From a virus: DNA of 64,000 bases. Made by a program: the position numbers and the translations under genes. Below, piece after piece: positions 8,688-18,899 of the stretch (within the stretch, counting starts at the first letter, position 1; the number at the start of each line of letters is the position of its first letter). The DNA is taken from the IMG/VR virus record IMGVR_UViG_3300035208_003482, one strand, 5' to 3'. The notes beneath the pieces are model-generated. The model ran no database searches. It saw nothing but the letters and a program-made list of their open reading frames with translations, and was not told where the DNA came from.

Positions 8688-9054
8688 TATAGTACATCCC
8701 TTTCTTCTAGTATATTATCAATCAGATCACGTTGCTGTGATAAGAAATCAGAATCCGCAGCTTTCTTTCCAGCGTAACCTTCTTCAGAGACAGATCAACA
8801 TCTGCTACTGTCTGAACTTCTCGACCACCAGGAATTACAATAAACACAGCATTAAAGTAGATCTCTTGAAGATGAGTATATATAAACTTTTTTCTTCACT
8901 GCTTTAGTTGCAGTGTTTGCAATTTCTCAGATAATATAGGAGCTTCAGAACAATAAAATCATTGCACGTCTAACAACACCTTCACAGATAGCTGTGTTAC
9001 GAAAAGCTCTAGGTTTATCGATTAGTCTTTCCAATTCAATCTTGCCTAGTTTGT

Positions 9055-11190
9055 TCACTTAAGAACCTTTTCTACCTTCTTTGAATAAACTGGTGGAGTT
9101 ACCTTCTTCGGGTCCAACCAATTTATTTCTGCATCATCTGGTAAATCCTCGACATGTTTGCAATTTGGATATCCCATACATGCTAATACCATAGTTTCTT
9201 TCATCAATGTTGCATATAACTCATTACCACAGTCTGAACATTTCTTTCCAAATGGCATCTTTCTCTTACCCATACACTTAGGATATTCCGAACATGAATA
9301 AAATGGTCCAAACTTACCATCAGGTCTTGGCACCATAGGTGCACCGCAATCTGGACACTTAACAGTTTCATCTACTTTAGCCCTTTGTGATTTAGGAACA
9401 ACCTTACCATCTTCGATATTGATATTAACAATACCATCACACCCAGCTTTATACTTTATACAACCAGCAAAAAATCCATACTTAGACTTCCTAACAACCG
9501 TATCACTACCACACTTAGGACATGGAATTCCAGTTGCCATACCTTGACTTCCACGAGCTTTCTGAAATTCTTCCTTGAACCCATTAAAGAACTCAGACAT
9601 CATACCAACATAATCAAGCTTACCTTCCGCAATAAGATCGAGTTTCTTCTCCATCTGTGCGGTGTACATATAATCCATGAAGGTAAATGAATCTTTCAAA
9701 TCATCAATTACCTTCTTTCCCAATTCTGTTGGTAAGAATCCATTGGCTGTATCTTTTACGTATTTACGAGTAGATATACGTGCAATGATAGATGCGTATG
9801 TACTAGGACGACCAATCTCTTTAGCTTCAAGCTCTCGAATAAGAGATGCCTCAGTGTATCGAGGGGATGGTTTGGTTTGAGACTTATCAACCTTAATACC
9901 AGGAGGTTGGATTAGTTTTACTGTGTCTGCTTTTACAAGCTGAGGTAATTCTACATCCTTATCCTTTTTCACAAATGGTTTCGCAACTACCATCCAACCT
10001 TCTTCTCGTTGGATTTTACCTTCAGCTATTAGATTATGTTCCCCAGCTTTGATAGTCACTTTGACTGTATCAAATTCTGCTGGAGTCATTTGAGAAGCAA
10101 CAAACGTTCTCCAAATAAGATTGTAGATCTTTGCTTCATCACCAGTTAAAGCAATCTTGTCAGGATGATCCTCTATATGAGTTGGTCGAATAGCCTCGTG
10201 TGCATCCTGTGCAGCTTCTTTGTTCTTGAACTCATTCGGAGTCTTGGGAATACTAAAACCTTGTTTGGTAATGTAATCCCTAACACCAACTATAGACTCT
10301 TCGCTGTTTCGAGTAGAGTCAGTTCTAATGTAAGTAACATGTCCAGCTTCATACAACTTCTGAGCTGCCGCCATTGTTCGATCAGATTTGATCTTCAATT
10401 TTGTACTAGCTTCCTGTTGCAGCATTGATGTTGTAAGAGGTGCAGGCGGCTTGCGCTCCAATCTCTTAGACTCAATATCCTGGACCTTGAAGTCTTTACG
10501 AGGATCAAGGTCCTTCTTAATATCTTTTGCCTCATCCTCGTTATCAATCCTTCGAGGATATTTGGCCAGGAATTTTACCCCATCCTTCTCAAATGTAGCG
10601 GATAGATTCCAATAGACCTCGGGAACGAAAGCTTCAATCTCGCGCTCTCGATCAACAATGATTCTTAGAGCAACAGATTGTACACGGCCTGCGCTTAACT
10701 TATCGCCAAGCTTCTTAGATATGTATGGTGAGACCATGAAACCCACAATACGATCTAAAACACGCCGAGCTTGTTGAGCATCAAACAGGTTCTTATCAAA
10801 CTCTTTAGGATTAGCAATAGCTTGTAATAAAGCTTTCTTGGTAATCTCATTAAATGTAATACGCTTTAATGGCTTATTTAGGTTTTTTAATTGGTCAGCT
10901 ATATGAAACGCTATTGCTTCGCCTTCTTTATCAGAATCAGAAGCTACATAAATTTCATCAGATGTTCTTGCAGCGTCTATAATTGATTTAATCACATCCC
11001 TTTTATCCGCAATAACCTCATATCTAGGAGCAAATCCATTCTGGATATCAATCCCAATATCATCACCACCCCTTCCATTAGAAAGATCAACAATATGTCC
11101 AAATGTTGGTCTAATTACAAAATTAGATCCTACAAAACTTTGTATTGTTTTTATTTTCCCGGGAGACTCAACTATTATAAGTTTTGTCAT
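9055..11190 (-). CDS. topA: DNA topoisomerase I (type IA, TopA-like) with C-terminal C4 zinc ribbons
   Basis: N-terminal Toprim '[13 protein letters not shown]...GHIVDL', '[11 protein letters not shown]'. Multiple 'CPKCG...C..C' ribbons at the C-terminus. Confidence 0.85.
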   Translation of the reverse strand: MTKLIIVESPGKIKTIQSFVGSNFVIRPTFGHIVDLSNGRGGDDIGIDIQNGFAPRYEVIADKRDVIKSIIDAARTSDEIYVASDSDKEGEAIAFHIADQLKNLNKPLKRITFNEITKKALLQAIANPKEFDKNLFDAQQARRVLDRIVGFMVSPYISKKLGDKLSAGRVQSVALRIIVDREREIEAFVPEVYWNLSATFEKDGVKFLAKYPRRIDNEDEAKDIKKDLDPRKDFKVQDIESKRLERKPPAPLTTSMLQQEASTKLKIKSDRTMAAAQKLYEAGHVTYIRTDSTRNSEESIVGVRDYITKQGFSIPKTPNEFKNKEAAQDAHEAIRPTHIEDHPDKIALTGDEAKIYNLIWRTFVASQMTPAEFDTVKVTIKAGEHNLIAEGKIQREEGWMVVAKPFVKKDKDVELPQLVKADTVKLIQPPGIKVDKSQTKPSPRYTEASLIRELEAKEIGRPSTYASIIARISTRKYVKDTANGFLPTELGKKVIDDLKDSFTFMDYMYTAQMEKKLDLIAEGKLDYVGMMSEFFNGFKEEFQKARGSQGMATGIPCPKCGSDTVVRKSKYGFFAGCIKYKAGCDGIVNINIEDGKVVPKSQRAKVDETVKCPDCGAPMVPRPDGKFGPFYSCSEYPKCMGKRKMPFGKKCSDCGNELYATLMKETMVLACMGYPNCKHVEDLPDDAEINWLDPKKVTPPVYSKKVEKVLK

Positions 11191-11426
11191 CTATTTCCCT
11201 TTAAAAGATTTTCTTTAGCAGAAAGAGGTCTTAAGTTATCACCACCCCTTCCATTAGAAAGGTCAACAATGTGTCCCATTGTTGGGCGCACAGTATATCC
11301 ACTCCCCAAAAGCTTGGAGATGGTTTTCATCTTCGCAGGAGATTCGACAATCAGTAGAGCGTTTGACATCACCCTTTTAGGGTGGCTTTCAAGGATTCCT
11401 CGACCCCAATCCTGGCGATCAGCCAA
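11187..11426 (-). pseudogene. Remnant 5' fragment (Toprim N-terminus) of a second, divergent topA allele
   Basis: '[40 protein letters not shown]' parallels the topA N-terminus. About 36 nt are near-identical to the topA 5' end. Its stop TGA overlaps the topA ATG (ATGA). Confidence 0.55.
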
Positions 11427-11557
11427 TCAACTCTACGAGCAACATCACGATACATCAATGAGTCTTCCTCATTCTTACAGGCAAAAGACTTTAACATGCA
11501 ATCATTCGAGAGATCTTGTAAAAGATTAGATGCGTACTTCAAAAACATATTGGTATA

Positions 11558-12337
11558 CTAGGTTATTGATTCCTTCACAAGTCTTTTGTTTCCAACTCGT
11601 GAATAGAATCCTGTCTTAGAATTAAGTTCCCACACGTAAAGTTTCTCGGCCTGACTTCCATCAAGCATCATGTATTTATCATGTACAAATGGTTTACCTT
11701 CAGGTTCTCCATTATGTCCAGTTACAATTATCTTTTTCCATGAACACCTTATTTTGTTCTTAGCTAAATTACACATATGTGTATAAACAGATCTGTCCCA
11801 AGCTAAAACTTTTGGTTCTTGATTTTGGAGCGGTATGAATGGATCACACCCACCATGTACGAAAATGTAGTTATCATTTTCATAATATGGTAAAAGAGAT
11901 TCCATGAACTTGATATGTTTATCTGGAAAGAATCTCTTTATAGAGTTTCTTGAGATCAAGTATGGGTTTTCAACTTCTGAGTTAGCTCTTTGGAGATAAC
12001 CCATAAAGGTTTCCTCCCCTCCATTACTCATCCACATATTGTACGAACGAATTGAAGCATCTGGCTGAATAGCTTCCAATAACATAAGTTCATGATTACC
12101 AAGAAGAGTAATCACTTGATCTGGTGCTTCTTGTTTTGTTTTGATAAGTACGTCTATTACTTTATGAGAATCAAACCTTCTATCAACATAATCTCCAAGA
12201 AATACAAGCATATCCATACTACCACCAGTTCTACGCAGTGGTAGTATCCTTTTTAAGATTAGTTCTAACTCATCATACATTCCGTGTATATCCGGAATGA
12301 CGTACAAGCAACTATCTGCTGGTCTCCATTTACTCAA
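11558..12337 (-). CDS. Calcineurin-like metallophosphoesterase (Ser/Thr phosphatase-like)
   Basis: 'DIHG', 'LGDYVDRR', 'GNHE' phosphoesterase motifs. Confidence 0.6.
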   Translation of the reverse strand: MSKWRPADSCLYVIPDIHGMYDELELILKRILPLRRTGGSMDMLVFLGDYVDRRFDSHKVIDVLIKTKQEAPDQVITLLGNHELMLLEAIQPDASIRSYNMWMSNGGEETFMGYLQRANSEVENPYLISRNSIKRFFPDKHIKFMESLLPYYENDNYIFVHGGCDPFIPLQNQEPKVLAWDRSVYTHMCNLAKNKIRCSWKKIIVTGHNGEPEGKPFVHDKYMMLDGSQAEKLYVWELNSKTGFYSRVGNKRLVKESIT

Positions 12338-12378
12338 TTTTAGCTCCTTAAATCCAACACGTATAAATATAACGGTCG

Positions 12379-14652
12379 ATGCCTATTTATTTTTCGCCTC
12401 AAAAGGCCATGTCTCAATTAGTTCTGTCGAAAGACCAAGAAATTGCGTACAAAACCATTGCTAAATGGTTGGCAGATGGCGGTGTTGTTCACCCAAAACA
12501 GAAAGACCCTCAGCTATTAAGTCTTGGTGGTTATGCCGGCTCTGGAAAAGCGCTAGATATCAATACTCCTATACCAACTCCAAATGGTTGGACTATAATG
12601 GGAGAATTAAAAATTGGTGATGTAGTTTTCTCAGATGATGGAAAACCATGCTCAATCATTGCAATATCAGAGATTATGACTGGCCATGATTGTTTTGAAT
12701 TTGAATTTTCTGATGGAACAAAAGTCATTGCAGATTCAGATCATATTTGGAAAACTAAAAACTATAAAGAAAGAACTAAAAACAAACAACCAAAAGAAAG
12801 AATATCTAAAGAACTATTTAATACACAAAGAATAGGAAAACACAAACGTGTAAATCATTCTATTGATATTGTACCTGCTATAGAAATTGAAAGTAAAAAA
12901 CTTCCAATTGATCCATATTTACTTGGAGTTTGGCTTGGCGATGGCGCTAAATCTATGGCAAGAATATCAAGCATTGATAATGAAATTATAGATTCATTTA
13001 AACATGAATATAACATAAACAAAGTTGCTGGAGAAAATTGCGATTGGGGAATTAGTTCAAAAAATAATGGTCCATCATTAAAAGTTCAATTAAGAACATT
13101 GAATCTATTGTTTAATAAACATATTCCAACTATTTATTTGAGAAGTTCAAAAGAACAAAGAATGTCACTTCTTCGTGGTTTGATGGATACCGATGGAACT
13201 GTTTCTAAAGATACAGGAATACCATCATTTACCAATACAAATAAACAATTAGCTATTGATACTTTAGAACTAATTAGATCTCTTGGGTTTCATTCTAAAC
13301 TAACAACAGGCAAAGCTAAACTAAATGGTATTGTAACGTCTGATAAATATACCATACATTTCTCAGCAAATGAACCAGTTTTCAGGTTGTTAAGGAAAAA
13401 ACGCCTTCAAAAGATATTTAACTTTAGAGCAACATATGGAAGAAAATACATAACAAATGTACGTAAAATTGATTCTGTTCCAGTCAAATGTATAGCTGTT
13501 GACTCTTCTTCGAAAATGTATTTATGTTCTGATGGGTTTACTCCCACACATAATACAACACTCGTATCTACGATTGCTAAAGAGTTTGGATCAGCTATTC
13601 GCTTCGCTTTCTGCGCTTTGTCAGGAAGAGCTGCTAGTATTCTTGGTGTGAAGCTTCAAAATCAAGGTATTCGTTTCAAAGATGACGGACACTATTGTGG
13701 TACTATCCATCGACTGATTTATCGACCCATAGAAAATAGTGAAGGTGAAGTTATCTTCTGGGCAAAGAAAGAATCATTGGATTACGATGTTATCGTAATG
13801 GATGAAGCTTCCATGGTTTCGGAAGATATCTTTCGAGATCTTAAATCATACGGTATCGATATTTTGGCTGTTGGAGATCATGGTCAACTACCACCTATCG
13901 AAGGTAAATTCTCCTTGATGTCTGATCCTATCTTGAAGCTTGAAAAGATTCATCGACAAGCAGCTGATAATCCAATCATAAGTCTTTCGATGCACATTCG
14001 AGAGAGTGGTAGAATACCAAAAGATTATACCAACAACGATAAAGTTCAAATTGTTAAAAAGGGAGAATACATAGATTATCTGAAGGATATCTATTCCAAA
14101 AGTCAAGATCCTGAAAAGACAATTGATACAGCTGTTTTGTGTTACACAAACGCAACCAGATCCAAATTAAATATCATGATTCGTAATATGGTTTTTGGAA
14201 ATATATCTTCAATACCATTAGTTAATGATATTGTGATTTGTCTTAGAAACGCCGTCAATAACAGAAAAGTTCCTTTGTACAATGGGTTTAGAGGATATCT
14301 ATTAAATGGTGTTCAAGATGAAGGTGATTTCTATGAGGGTAATATTAGATTCCCTTATGAAGGATTTGATACCAATGTGAATAATTTATTGAAGTATCAA
14401 TTTGGATACAATAAAACATTTAGTTCATTTCAAGAACTTGAGAACTTTGGAATGGATGTAAAGCACTGGTCCGAGGTTGGTCTTTTATTTGATTACGGAT
14501 ATTCGATGACAGTTCATAAAGCACAAGGATCTCAGATGAGTAATGTTGTGCTGTTTAATGAACGCCCAGCTCCGGTATCGGACGACAACTACAAACGCTG
14601 GCTCTATACCGCGACCACCAGATCCTCGGACAAGCTAACAATTATTTTGTGA
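12379..14652 (+). CDS. SF1B DNA helicase (RecD/Dda/Pif1-like) with an intein inserted in Walker A
   Basis: Extein 'GYAGSGK|TTL' (P-loop), 'MDEASMV', 'VGDHGQLPPI', 'TVHKAQGSQ'. Confidence 0.75.
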   Translation: MPIYFSPQKAMSQLVLSKDQEIAYKTIAKWLADGGVVHPKQKDPQLLSLGGYAGSGKALDINTPIPTPNGWTIMGELKIGDVVFSDDGKPCSIIAISEIMTGHDCFEFEFSDGTKVIADSDHIWKTKNYKERTKNKQPKERISKELFNTQRIGKHKRVNHSIDIVPAIEIESKKLPIDPYLLGVWLGDGAKSMARISSIDNEIIDSFKHEYNINKVAGENCDWGISSKNNGPSLKVQLRTLNLLFNKHIPTIYLRSSKEQRMSLLRGLMDTDGTVSKDTGIPSFTNTNKQLAIDTLELIRSLGFHSKLTTGKAKLNGIVTSDKYTIHFSANEPVFRLLRKKRLQKIFNFRATYGRKYITNVRKIDSVPVKCIAVDSSSKMYLCSDGFTPTHNTTLVSTIAKEFGSAIRFAFCALSGRAASILGVKLQNQGIRFKDDGHYCGTIHRLIYRPIENSEGEVIFWAKKESLDYDVIVMDEASMVSEDIFRDLKSYGIDILAVGDHGQLPPIEGKFSLMSDPILKLEKIHRQAADNPIISLSMHIRESGRIPKDYTNNDKVQIVKKGEYIDYLKDIYSKSQDPEKTIDTAVLCYTNATRSKLNIMIRNMVFGNISSIPLVNDIVICLRNAVNNRKVPLYNGFRGYLLNGVQDEGDFYEGNIRFPYEGFDTNVNNLLKYQFGYNKTFSSFQELENFGMDVKHWSEVGLLFDYGYSMTVHKAQGSQMSNVVLFNERPAPVSDDNYKRWLYTATTRSSDKLTIIL
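12550..13554 (+). mobile_element. Intein (about 335 aa) with LAGLIDADG homing-endonuclease domain, inserted between K and T of the helicase P-loop
   Basis: Starts 'ALDINTPIPTPNGW' (block A with Ala1) and ends '...THN' + Thr(+1). LAGLIDADG motifs 'LLGVWLGDGA' and 'LLRGLMDTDGT'. The insert is markedly more AT-rich than the exteins. Confidence 0.7.
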
Positions 14653-14691
14653 TTGACACCCCCTTGACGAGCTGTATAGCATGGTTATTTT
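14653..14691 (+). promoter_or_regulatory. Sigma70-like promoter candidate for hsp20
   Basis: 'TTGACA' (14653-58) and 'TTGACG' (14664-69). 'TATTTT' lies 16 nt downstream of the latter. Confidence 0.35.
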
Positions 14692-14728
14692 CCTACACCT
14701 CAGGGCCTGGCCCGTGAGGAGGTGATTT

Positions 14729-15130
14729 ATGGTTATAGCAAAAAGAAAAGCAATCTCCCCTTTAGCAGATCCTTTCAATATGTTTGAAGCTCTATTTGCA
14801 GATCCTTTTACTGACAGGACCGATGGAGTGTCACTCAAAACTCTCGTTGAAAGTATCGACAACAATTATGTTTTCACTTTAGAACTTCCTGGTTTTGATG
14901 AAAACGAAATTGATATACAGGTTCGCAATGGTCAGCTTCAGATTGTTGCTGAACACAAAGACACAAATGGTAAGTTCTTCCATACATGTGTCCAACGTAC
15001 TTGGTCATTGCCTGAACCAGTAGATCAGGATAATGTTGAGGCTATCTTGAAAAATGGTGTCTTAACAGTTAAAGTGCCAAAAAAGATCGTAGAAAAAGTT
15101 AAGAAGATAGCTGTAAAGACAGCTGAATAA
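14729..15130 (+). CDS. Small heat-shock protein (Hsp20/alpha-crystallin family)
   Basis: Alpha-crystallin domain '...VFTLELPGFDENEIDIQVRNGQLQIVAEHK...GVLTVKVPK'. SD 'AGGAGGTGA' 3 nt before the ATG. Confidence 0.8.
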   Translation: MVIAKRKAISPLADPFNMFEALFADPFTDRTDGVSLKTLVESIDNNYVFTLELPGFDENEIDIQVRNGQLQIVAEHKDTNGKFFHTCVQRTWSLPEPVDQDNVEAILKNGVLTVKVPKKIVEKVKKIAVKTAE

Positions 15131-15131
15131 G

Positions 15132-15157
15132 AAAAGGCCGGGTTCGCCCGGCCTTTT
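15132..15157. terminator. Rho-independent terminator (bidirectional; serves hsp20 and the converging minus-strand gene)
   Basis: 'AAAAGGCCGGGTTCGCCCGGCCTTTT'. Confidence 0.65.
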
Positions 15158-15344
15158 ACTTTAAATCATTAGAAAGCTTTTCAAAATGATGATCGTTCCA
15201 TGTCTTATGAAAATCACATAGTACCAAGATATCACCTCTAACACCTAAATCAAAAGCTTCTTGTACATTCTCTGCCTTATCCCATCGACATCCACATTGG
15301 TATTCATCATTAGATATTTTACATCTAAGTAGTTTATCACTCAT
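15156..15344 (-). CDS. Hypothetical small Cys-containing protein
   Basis: ORF. Confidence 0.25.
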   Translation of the reverse strand: MSDKLLRCKISNDEYQCGCRWDKAENVQEAFDLGVRGDILVLCDFHKTWNDHHFEKLSNDLK

Positions 15345-15675
15345 TATTCACTTTATCCCAATCTGGAATTTCAACAGTTTGATTCATCATCGAATGAGAG
15401 CAGTCCCCAAGGTATTGTATAAAACCATCAGTTACAAATGAATGGCATCTGTGGTCCTTACCATCAGCCGGGTCTCCGTACTTTGCGGTAGCTAACATTG
15501 ATGGAGTAAATGTCGGTTTTTCAAAATCACCATTGAAAGACCAACCCGGAATATCATTCTTCATCTTCTTATAGAAGACATGTGCAAATCCCATATCTTC
15601 AGCATCACATGCTGGACATCGAATTGCATATCCAATAACCTCACCATCTTTATTAACCACCTCATGTACCTTCAT
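15337..15675 (-). CDS. Hypothetical protein
   Basis: ORF. 'CPAC' motif. Confidence 0.25.
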   Translation of the reverse strand: MKVHEVVNKDGEVIGYAIRCPACDAEDMGFAHVFYKKMKNDIPGWSFNGDFEKPTFTPSMLATAKYGDPADGKDHRCHSFVTDGFIQYLGDCSHSMMNQTVEIPDWDKVNNE

Positions 15676-16280
15676 TTAAGCTCCTCGAATAAATGATCAT
15701 CACCATTACAATGCTCTCTTAATCGTAAATACCAAGATTCACGCTTAAGCTTGAACATCAATATGGTGTTTCCTTTACCCTTGGTCTTACAAACGATACC
15801 CTCAGAACCCATACCTTCAAGAGTTCCGTTCCTTACAGAATCAAGTAGTGTATTGTTACAATTACCTTGATAAAGTAATGGAGCGTGGTTCATGTCACCA
15901 AAACTATCAAGAAATTCCCTTGGTGGAAGGATGCCTCGCTTATATGGATTAGCATCAATTAGATAAACATTATGGTCATCAGTTTCTATATGATTACCAA
16001 AAGATGAATTTGGTCCTGCAAATTCATAGAAAAGAATGATACTTTCCCATCTGTTCTTTTCACAGATCTTCGCTACCGTATCTTGCTGCTCTAGAATGAG
16101 TCCTTGAGCTTTAGAAAGAATTGGGTGCTCATCACTAAGCAAACGCTTGCGTGAACCAAACTTATAGAACCCGCGCTTCTTGCTCCATTCAGCTCTGATG
16201 TTTGAGCCGTCAATCTTATCAAAACCATAAATGGGAAGACCCATCTGAATTATAGATGAGATAGATGGATATGATTTCAT
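15672..16280 (-). CDS. ATP-dependent RNA ligase-like nucleotidyltransferase domain (Rnl2/small RNA-ligase type)
   Basis: Ligase motif I 'FDKIDGSN' (KxDG), motif III 'ILFYEFAGPNS', motif IV 'EGIVCK', motif V 'LMFKLK'. Confidence 0.5.
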   Translation of the reverse strand: MKSYPSISSIIQMGLPIYGFDKIDGSNIRAEWSKKRGFYKFGSRKRLLSDEHPILSKAQGLILEQQDTVAKICEKNRWESIILFYEFAGPNSSFGNHIETDDHNVYLIDANPYKRGILPPREFLDSFGDMNHAPLLYQGNCNNTLLDSVRNGTLEGMGSEGIVCKTKGKGNTILMFKLKRESWYLRLREHCNGDDHLFEELK

Positions 16281-17239
16281 TTTCTAATCGATTCTAGCCA
16301 GCAGGTAACAATATCAATCTCAATAGGTTCCACAATACCTTCACTAGCAAGTTTCTTGTAGATATTGAGAAGGTTACAATCTTCGTCCTTTATAGATCTA
16401 AGGATATCAAAAACCTTAGATGTATTCTTGTACAATGGAATCTCATCGATGAAATCCGCCATGTAGTTGGAACGAAGACGTTCCTGATACACGATTGGGT
16501 AAGTGATTCCAAGGCGCATCTTCTTTGCCCAGAAGATACGTTGAGCAATGAAAGACCTTAGGATGTCACCAAATCGCCAGCTTACTGTACACGGAAAGTA
16601 CATGCAGTCAAGAACATTCGACTCAGCATTCCAGAAAACACTCTGCGTATTAAATGGAGTGAACACGTCATTGGCTAAGTGAAATTCATCCTCAAGGTTA
16701 AACTTAATGGCTTCATTATTTGTCAATCTATAAATAGCATCAACATCAGCATCTCCATCGATGAGTGTCTGCCACGCACCTATAATACATGTATTAACTT
16801 TTGATGTTGAGCATACATCACGTGATAAGATTTTATCTAATGGATAGCCCCTGTTCCATATATTCTTACCAGAAATGTGCCCATAAATATTAGCAACACC
16901 ACTTGGATTTGTCAGCTCAAGATTTGATACAAAATAAACATGTGATGGAAAATTTTTATATGGAAACGTGTCATCATCACTTTCATAAATGATTTTTACC
17001 GACGGATCTTTAATAGCTTTTAAGTAACCAATATTTTTTCGACAATAAGAATTAGTCGGTAGCATTCTCTCAAACTCAGAAGTTTGTGCAGACAATGGTA
17101 TAAAGTTAATTCTAGAATCGTTGTACTCAGGAGTCTTCGCATCACCAACCAAAACAAGATCCCAGCCAGGAAGATTCTTCCACTTTTCAATTGCTGGAGT
17201 TTCAGGATTGATGGTAGTTATTATGATCTTGTTTGCCAT
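16277..17239 (-). CDS. Putative glycosyltransferase (DxD-type), low confidence
   Basis: 'IIITTIN...WDLVLVGDAKT', 'RKNIGYLKAI', 'ESDDD'. Confidence 0.3.
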   Translation of the reverse strand: MANKIIITTINPETPAIEKWKNLPGWDLVLVGDAKTPEYNDSRINFIPLSAQTSEFERMLPTNSYCRKNIGYLKAIKDPSVKIIYESDDDTFPYKNFPSHVYFVSNLELTNPSGVANIYGHISGKNIWNRGYPLDKILSRDVCSTSKVNTCIIGAWQTLIDGDADVDAIYRLTNNEAIKFNLEDEFHLANDVFTPFNTQSVFWNAESNVLDCMYFPCTVSWRFGDILRSFIAQRIFWAKKMRLGITYPIVYQERLRSNYMADFIDEIPLYKNTSKVFDILRSIKDEDCNLLNIYKKLASEGIVEPIEIDIVTCWLESIRK

Positions 17240-17243
17240 ACTA

Positions 17244-17588
17244 TTACTTAGTATAGCTCTTTACAGAATCCTCGACCAATGACTTACCCTCAACTACTGC
17301 CTTCTCAACTAGACGATTTAAGGCTTCTACAAGTTGAGGACGCTTACGTTTGAAACATTGATCAATCTTCCTTTTAAGGTCTGCCAACTCTTCATCTGAT
17401 ATGTCTTGATGTATCTTATCTTCCAACATCCAAGTGCGAATATGAACAATGATTAGCTTATCAATTACTTCACCAAAATTGTCTGTGCATACAAATTCTT
17501 TGGTATCTGGTATTTCACCAGTACTACAAATGGCAGCTACATGTTCTTGTATTCTGTGATCAATAATGTCTTTAAATTCTGTATCCAT
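17244..17588 (-). CDS. Hypothetical protein
   Basis: ORF. Confidence 0.25.
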   Translation of the reverse strand: MDTEFKDIIDHRIQEHVAAICSTGEIPDTKEFVCTDNFGEVIDKLIIVHIRTWMLEDKIHQDISDEELADLKRKIDQCFKRKRPQLVEALNRLVEKAVVEGKSLVEDSVKSYTK

Positions 17589-17646
17589 AACGAATACTAT
17601 ATCTAAGTATTCGTGGATCTCTTACGCCACCAATTAATAGTGACAA

Positions 17647-18384
17647 TTATCTTCTATCTAGATTTTCAAGACCAATAATATCAACCTTGATTAGATTGAC
17701 CTTTGCAACGGATCCATTCTCTTCCACTGTAAATGCTTCGGGACATTCATCGAAAATCTTACCATTGAACTTGATGATGTAGTCTGGCTTGCCCTTTTTA
17801 AAGGGTGTTGGAACATACAACTCTCCACGTTCTGTCTTGATAATCGTTGTTCCACCATCCCTGTATCGATCAAAATCGAGAATCTTTAACTCCCGCATCT
17901 CTTCAGGCGGCCCGATAAAGAACTTGTAATCACTATAATCAGTCATGTATTTGTCATAACTGACATATATGTATTCATCGTCTTTACTAAAGAGATAATC
18001 CTTTACCCTAATTTCAGGAAGTGGAACTATATTATCAGGAAGTCGGTCGAGTTTCTTTGGATTTGAGAAAAAGTACGGCCCATCAAACCCAATATCCAAA
18101 CAGAGAGTCTGTCTATCGGTGTACAGGTGACCGTTATGGTAAGACTTTTCATTGCCATAGACGGCTGGATTATGCGGGTTATCAAACCCACACTTAACTT
18201 TTCCTGCAACAAATGCACCACCAGTTGTTCGAACTGTAAAGAACTTATTCGGTTCACCACCATTCAAAAGCTCTGACTCAAATCTTAGATAGAAATTACT
18301 AGAGTATAATCCATTTTTCAATATAACTGCATTGCCGATATCATCTTCCCATAACAAAAACTCTGAATCAGAATAAAAATCCAT
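17647..18384 (-). CDS. Hypothetical protein
   Basis: ORF. Confidence 0.25.
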   Translation of the reverse strand: MDFYSDSEFLLWEDDIGNAVILKNGLYSSNFYLRFESELLNGGEPNKFFTVRTTGGAFVAGKVKCGFDNPHNPAVYGNEKSYHNGHLYTDRQTLCLDIGFDGPYFFSNPKKLDRLPDNIVPLPEIRVKDYLFSKDDEYIYVSYDKYMTDYSDYKFFIGPPEEMRELKILDFDRYRDGGTTIIKTERGELYVPTPFKKGKPDYIIKFNGKIFDECPEAFTVEENGSVAKVNLIKVDIIGLENLDRR

Positions 18385-18386
18385 AC

Positions 18387-18590
18387 TTAAGAATCTCCAT
18401 TAATAATAAGAACAGGAGTGCTTTTGGGCTGCTCTTTACTTCCAACATATCCACCACTCATATTTGCAAGTTCAATATTATCTGTACAATAACACCCATC
18501 ATCTCTTTTGCTTTGCCTAAAATAGACATCAATTGAGTCACAGGAATCTGGTAAATTATTTAATTGATTTTTCAAATCAATAACTTTCAT
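18387..18590 (-). CDS. Hypothetical small protein
   Basis: ORF. Confidence 0.2.
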   Translation of the reverse strand: MKVIDLKNQLNNLPDSCDSIDVYFRQSKRDDGCYCTDNIELANMSGGYVGSKEQPKSTPVLIINGDS

Positions 18591-18593
18591 ATT

Positions 18594-18899
18594 TTACTTC
18601 TCCATTAAAGATTTAATCTTGTAGTACGTTGCCCGGAATTCTTTTTCAGCTTGCTTTACAGCTTTTTGAATATCAGGTCCTGCGCTTTTTGAAAGCTCTG
18701 TACCATTGTGGTCTTTCGACGTTGCATAAACATTAACGTAGCAGTTAGTGTCGTTTGGTACTTCGGATACAATGATAAGCAAATTGTCAAGTTTGTAGAT
18801 GTGTTCAGTAAGGGAATCATTACTTCTGTAGTATACAAACCTTCCTTTACAGAAAATCAACTCTACAGGATATCCATCAGGAGCTTTAGGCTTTCCCAT
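18594..18899 (-). CDS. Hypothetical protein
   Basis: ORF. Confidence 0.25.
   Translation of the reverse strand: MGKPKAPDGYPVELIFCKGRFVYYRSNDSLTEHIYKLDNLLIIVSEVPNDTNCYVNVYATSKDHNGTELSKSAGPDIQKAVKQAEKEFRATYYKIKSLMEK

Noticed and set aside
8688-9054. Longer non-coding gaps scanned for tRNA genes (also 45307..45790, 35819..35992, 11427..11557)
   Set aside because: No cloverleaf-compatible acceptor/T-arm pairing was evident by eye. The 45307..45790 gap contains two sub-60-aa minus-strand ORFs instead. tRNAs cannot be fully excluded without tRNAscan or Aragorn.
11187-11426. topA 5' fragment considered as exon 1 of an intron-split topA
   Set aside because: The fragment is homologous to the N-terminus of the intact topA, not contiguous with it. 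It is therefore a duplicate or replaced allele, not a split exon. No intervening intron-like structure was seen.
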